A stretch of 64,000 nt of DNA, taken from positions 1,152,001 through 1,216,000 of the forward strand of contig CBDCRP010000002.1 in the NCBI GenBank assembly GCA_965221165.1, in the 5' to 3' direction. This document shows, one piece after another, positions 62,649-64,000 of this stretch; the stretch's first letter is position 1; each line of letters opens with the position of its first letter. This DNA comes from a bacterium. GTDB taxonomy: Bacteria; UBA8248. The translations under genes were made by a program, and so were the position numbers. The notes under the pieces are model-generated. The model was given only the letters and a program-made list of their open reading frames with translations, was not told the DNA's origin and made no database searches.

Positions 62649-62936
62649 CTAGGCCGGCTCCAACCAATGTTCATAAATTTCTATATAGAGTTTGTCCTGT
62701 TTTTCCCCCGCCTCGTGATCCCACAGATCGTTGATGTCGAACTCTACCCAGTAGAGTTCCCTGAGCGGCAATCCATCGCCGCCGTAGGCGAGATTCTCGG
62801 GGTTTTTGTATTTGCCGAAATAGCGGTTGACGACGCCCGTCTTTCCCTTCACGAAATATGTCGTTCGGTGATGGCCGTCGGGGTACATCTCCTTGATGCG
62901 CACCCTATCGCCCAAACGGAACCGGGTTTCCTCCAT
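62649..62936 (-). CDS. Nitrile hydratase beta C-terminal SH3-like / thiocyanate hydrolase alpha-like subunit
   Basis: F..GDRVRI...GHHRT.YF.KGKTG, NPE, LY.VEF...LW, IYEHWLEPA. Confidence 0.85.
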   Translation of the reverse strand: MEETRFRLGDRVRIKEMYPDGHHRTTYFVKGKTGVVNRYFGKYKNPENLAYGGDGLPLRELYWVEFDINDLWDHEAGEKQDKLYIEIYEHWLEPA

Positions 62937-63018
62937 CGGAACATCCCCTTTGCAGATGAATCGACTTGAACTGAACTATTACTTGAATTTTACACCCAGA
63001 AGGCTCTTTGTCCAGTCC

Positions 63019-64000
63019 CTATATCGCAAGCCGGTAGACGCGCCTGGCGTTGGTCGTGAGAATCATCTCCTGCTCGGATTCTGAGAGTCGGTTCAGACCC
63101 GGAATATCCCGCGCGGGCTGGTGATAGCCCATGTCCGCCGGATAATCCGTCCCGTATAGAATCCGCTTCGCTCCCAGCGTCCTGGCCGCGAATTCGAAGG
63201 CGTCCGCGTTGTGGATGATGGTGTCATAATAAAAACGGCCGAAATACTCCTCGGGGTCTTTGGCGCCATAGACTTTTGGTTCCCTGCGCTCGCCGTAGCC
63301 GTGCTGCCAGCGGCCCCGAATCCAGGGCACGTAACCCCCCACGTGGGAGAGATAGAATTTCAGTTTCGGGAACCTGTCCATCACGCCGCCGAAGATGAGG
63401 CACGCCACCGCGATGGTGGTATCGAGCGGATTGCCGATGAAATTTCTCAAGTAGAAATCCTTGAGCCGATCTCCCCCGCCCAGCACGTTCGTGGGATGCA
63501 CGAAGACGGGCATATCGAGCGCCTCGGCCTTGGCCCAGAAGACGTCCAGGTCCTGATCATCGAGATTTTTGCCCGCCACGTTCGAGGCGATCATCACGCC
63601 GAGATGGCCGTTCGCCTTCGCACGCGCAAGTTCCGCCGCAGCGGCTTCGGGCACCTGAAGGGGTGCGGTGGCCATACAGGAGAATTTATCGGGATACTCC
63701 CTGGCCAGCGCCGTCAGGCCGTCGTTCAGCGAGGCGGCCAACTCCTTGTTCGCTTCCGCCCCGAGCGTGTAGAGCGTCATGGCGGGGCCGATGGAGAGCA
63801 CCTGATGCGCGACGCCCATGCGCTCCATGTCGGCGAAGCGCGGCTCCAACTCATAATAAAGAGGCGTGAGCTTGTTCTTGAGCTCCGTCTCGCGCCCGAG
63901 AACCTTTCCGCGCGTGATGAGCCACTCACCGTGCGCGTCGGCCTCTATCGACGCCGTGCGGCCGAAGCGGCCCGCGCGCACGTCCGCAATGAACATTTCG
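63019..64000 (-). CDS. Amidohydrolase family 2 (ACMSD-like decarboxylase/hydratase), 5' end outside window
   Basis: VFVHP, GNPLDTT, FGGVMDRFPKLK..SH.GG, FYYDT, GTDYP motifs. Confidence 0.85.
   Translation of the reverse strand, partial: EMFIADVRAGRFGRTASIEADAHGEWLITRGKVLGRETELKNKLTPLYYELEPRFADMERMGVAHQVLSIGPAMTLYTLGAEANKELAASLNDGLTALAREYPDKFSCMATAPLQVPEAAAAELARAKANGHLGVMIASNVAGKNLDDQDLDVFWAKAEALDMPVFVHPTNVLGGGDRLKDFYLRNFIGNPLDTTIAVACLIFGGVMDRFPKLKFYLSHVGGYVPWIRGRWQHGYGERREPKVYGAKDPEEYFGRFYYDTIIHNADAFEFAARTLGAKRILYGTDYPADMGYHQPARDIPGLNRLSESEQEMILTTNARRVYRLAI

Overview
A GC-rich (~60% by eye) bacterial chromosomal window with no integrase, transposase or CRISPR array. From left to right it contains: (1) an acyl-CoA ligase / acyl-CoA-dehydrogenase-like / ThDP-decarboxylase operon and a deaminase + DUF1116 pair; (2) a Liv-type ABC transporter; (3) a rearranged ~10 kb block of MMPL/RND + LolA-like + outer-membrane-barrel + MpaB/Lcp-like oxygenase genes, with three degenerate copies of the livF 3' end and a 912-bp identical duplication; (4) a lone xanthine-dehydrogenase-family Mo subunit; (5) a lower-GC block around tRNA-Phe holding an OsmC-like gene with an in-frame UGA; (6) a candidate sigma54-driven sRNA; (7) two tandem complex I operons, one complete (nuoA-N) and one lacking nuoE, F, G and I; (8) a histidine-decarboxylase-like gene + ACT protein and a REP/MITE cluster; (9) an amidohydrolase-NifU-MFS-MFS operon ending in a PrdB/GrdB-like gene with an in-frame UGA (UxxC); (10) a phosphodiesterase; (11) a two-gene Co-type nitrile hydratase/thiocyanate-hydrolase-like unit; (12) a partial amidohydrolase. 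The main signals missed by the ORF track are two probable selenoproteins with matching SECIS-like hairpins, the 10-subunit complex I, the sigma54 sRNA architecture and the livF-tail repeat array. All calls come from reading motifs by eye; no database searches were run.
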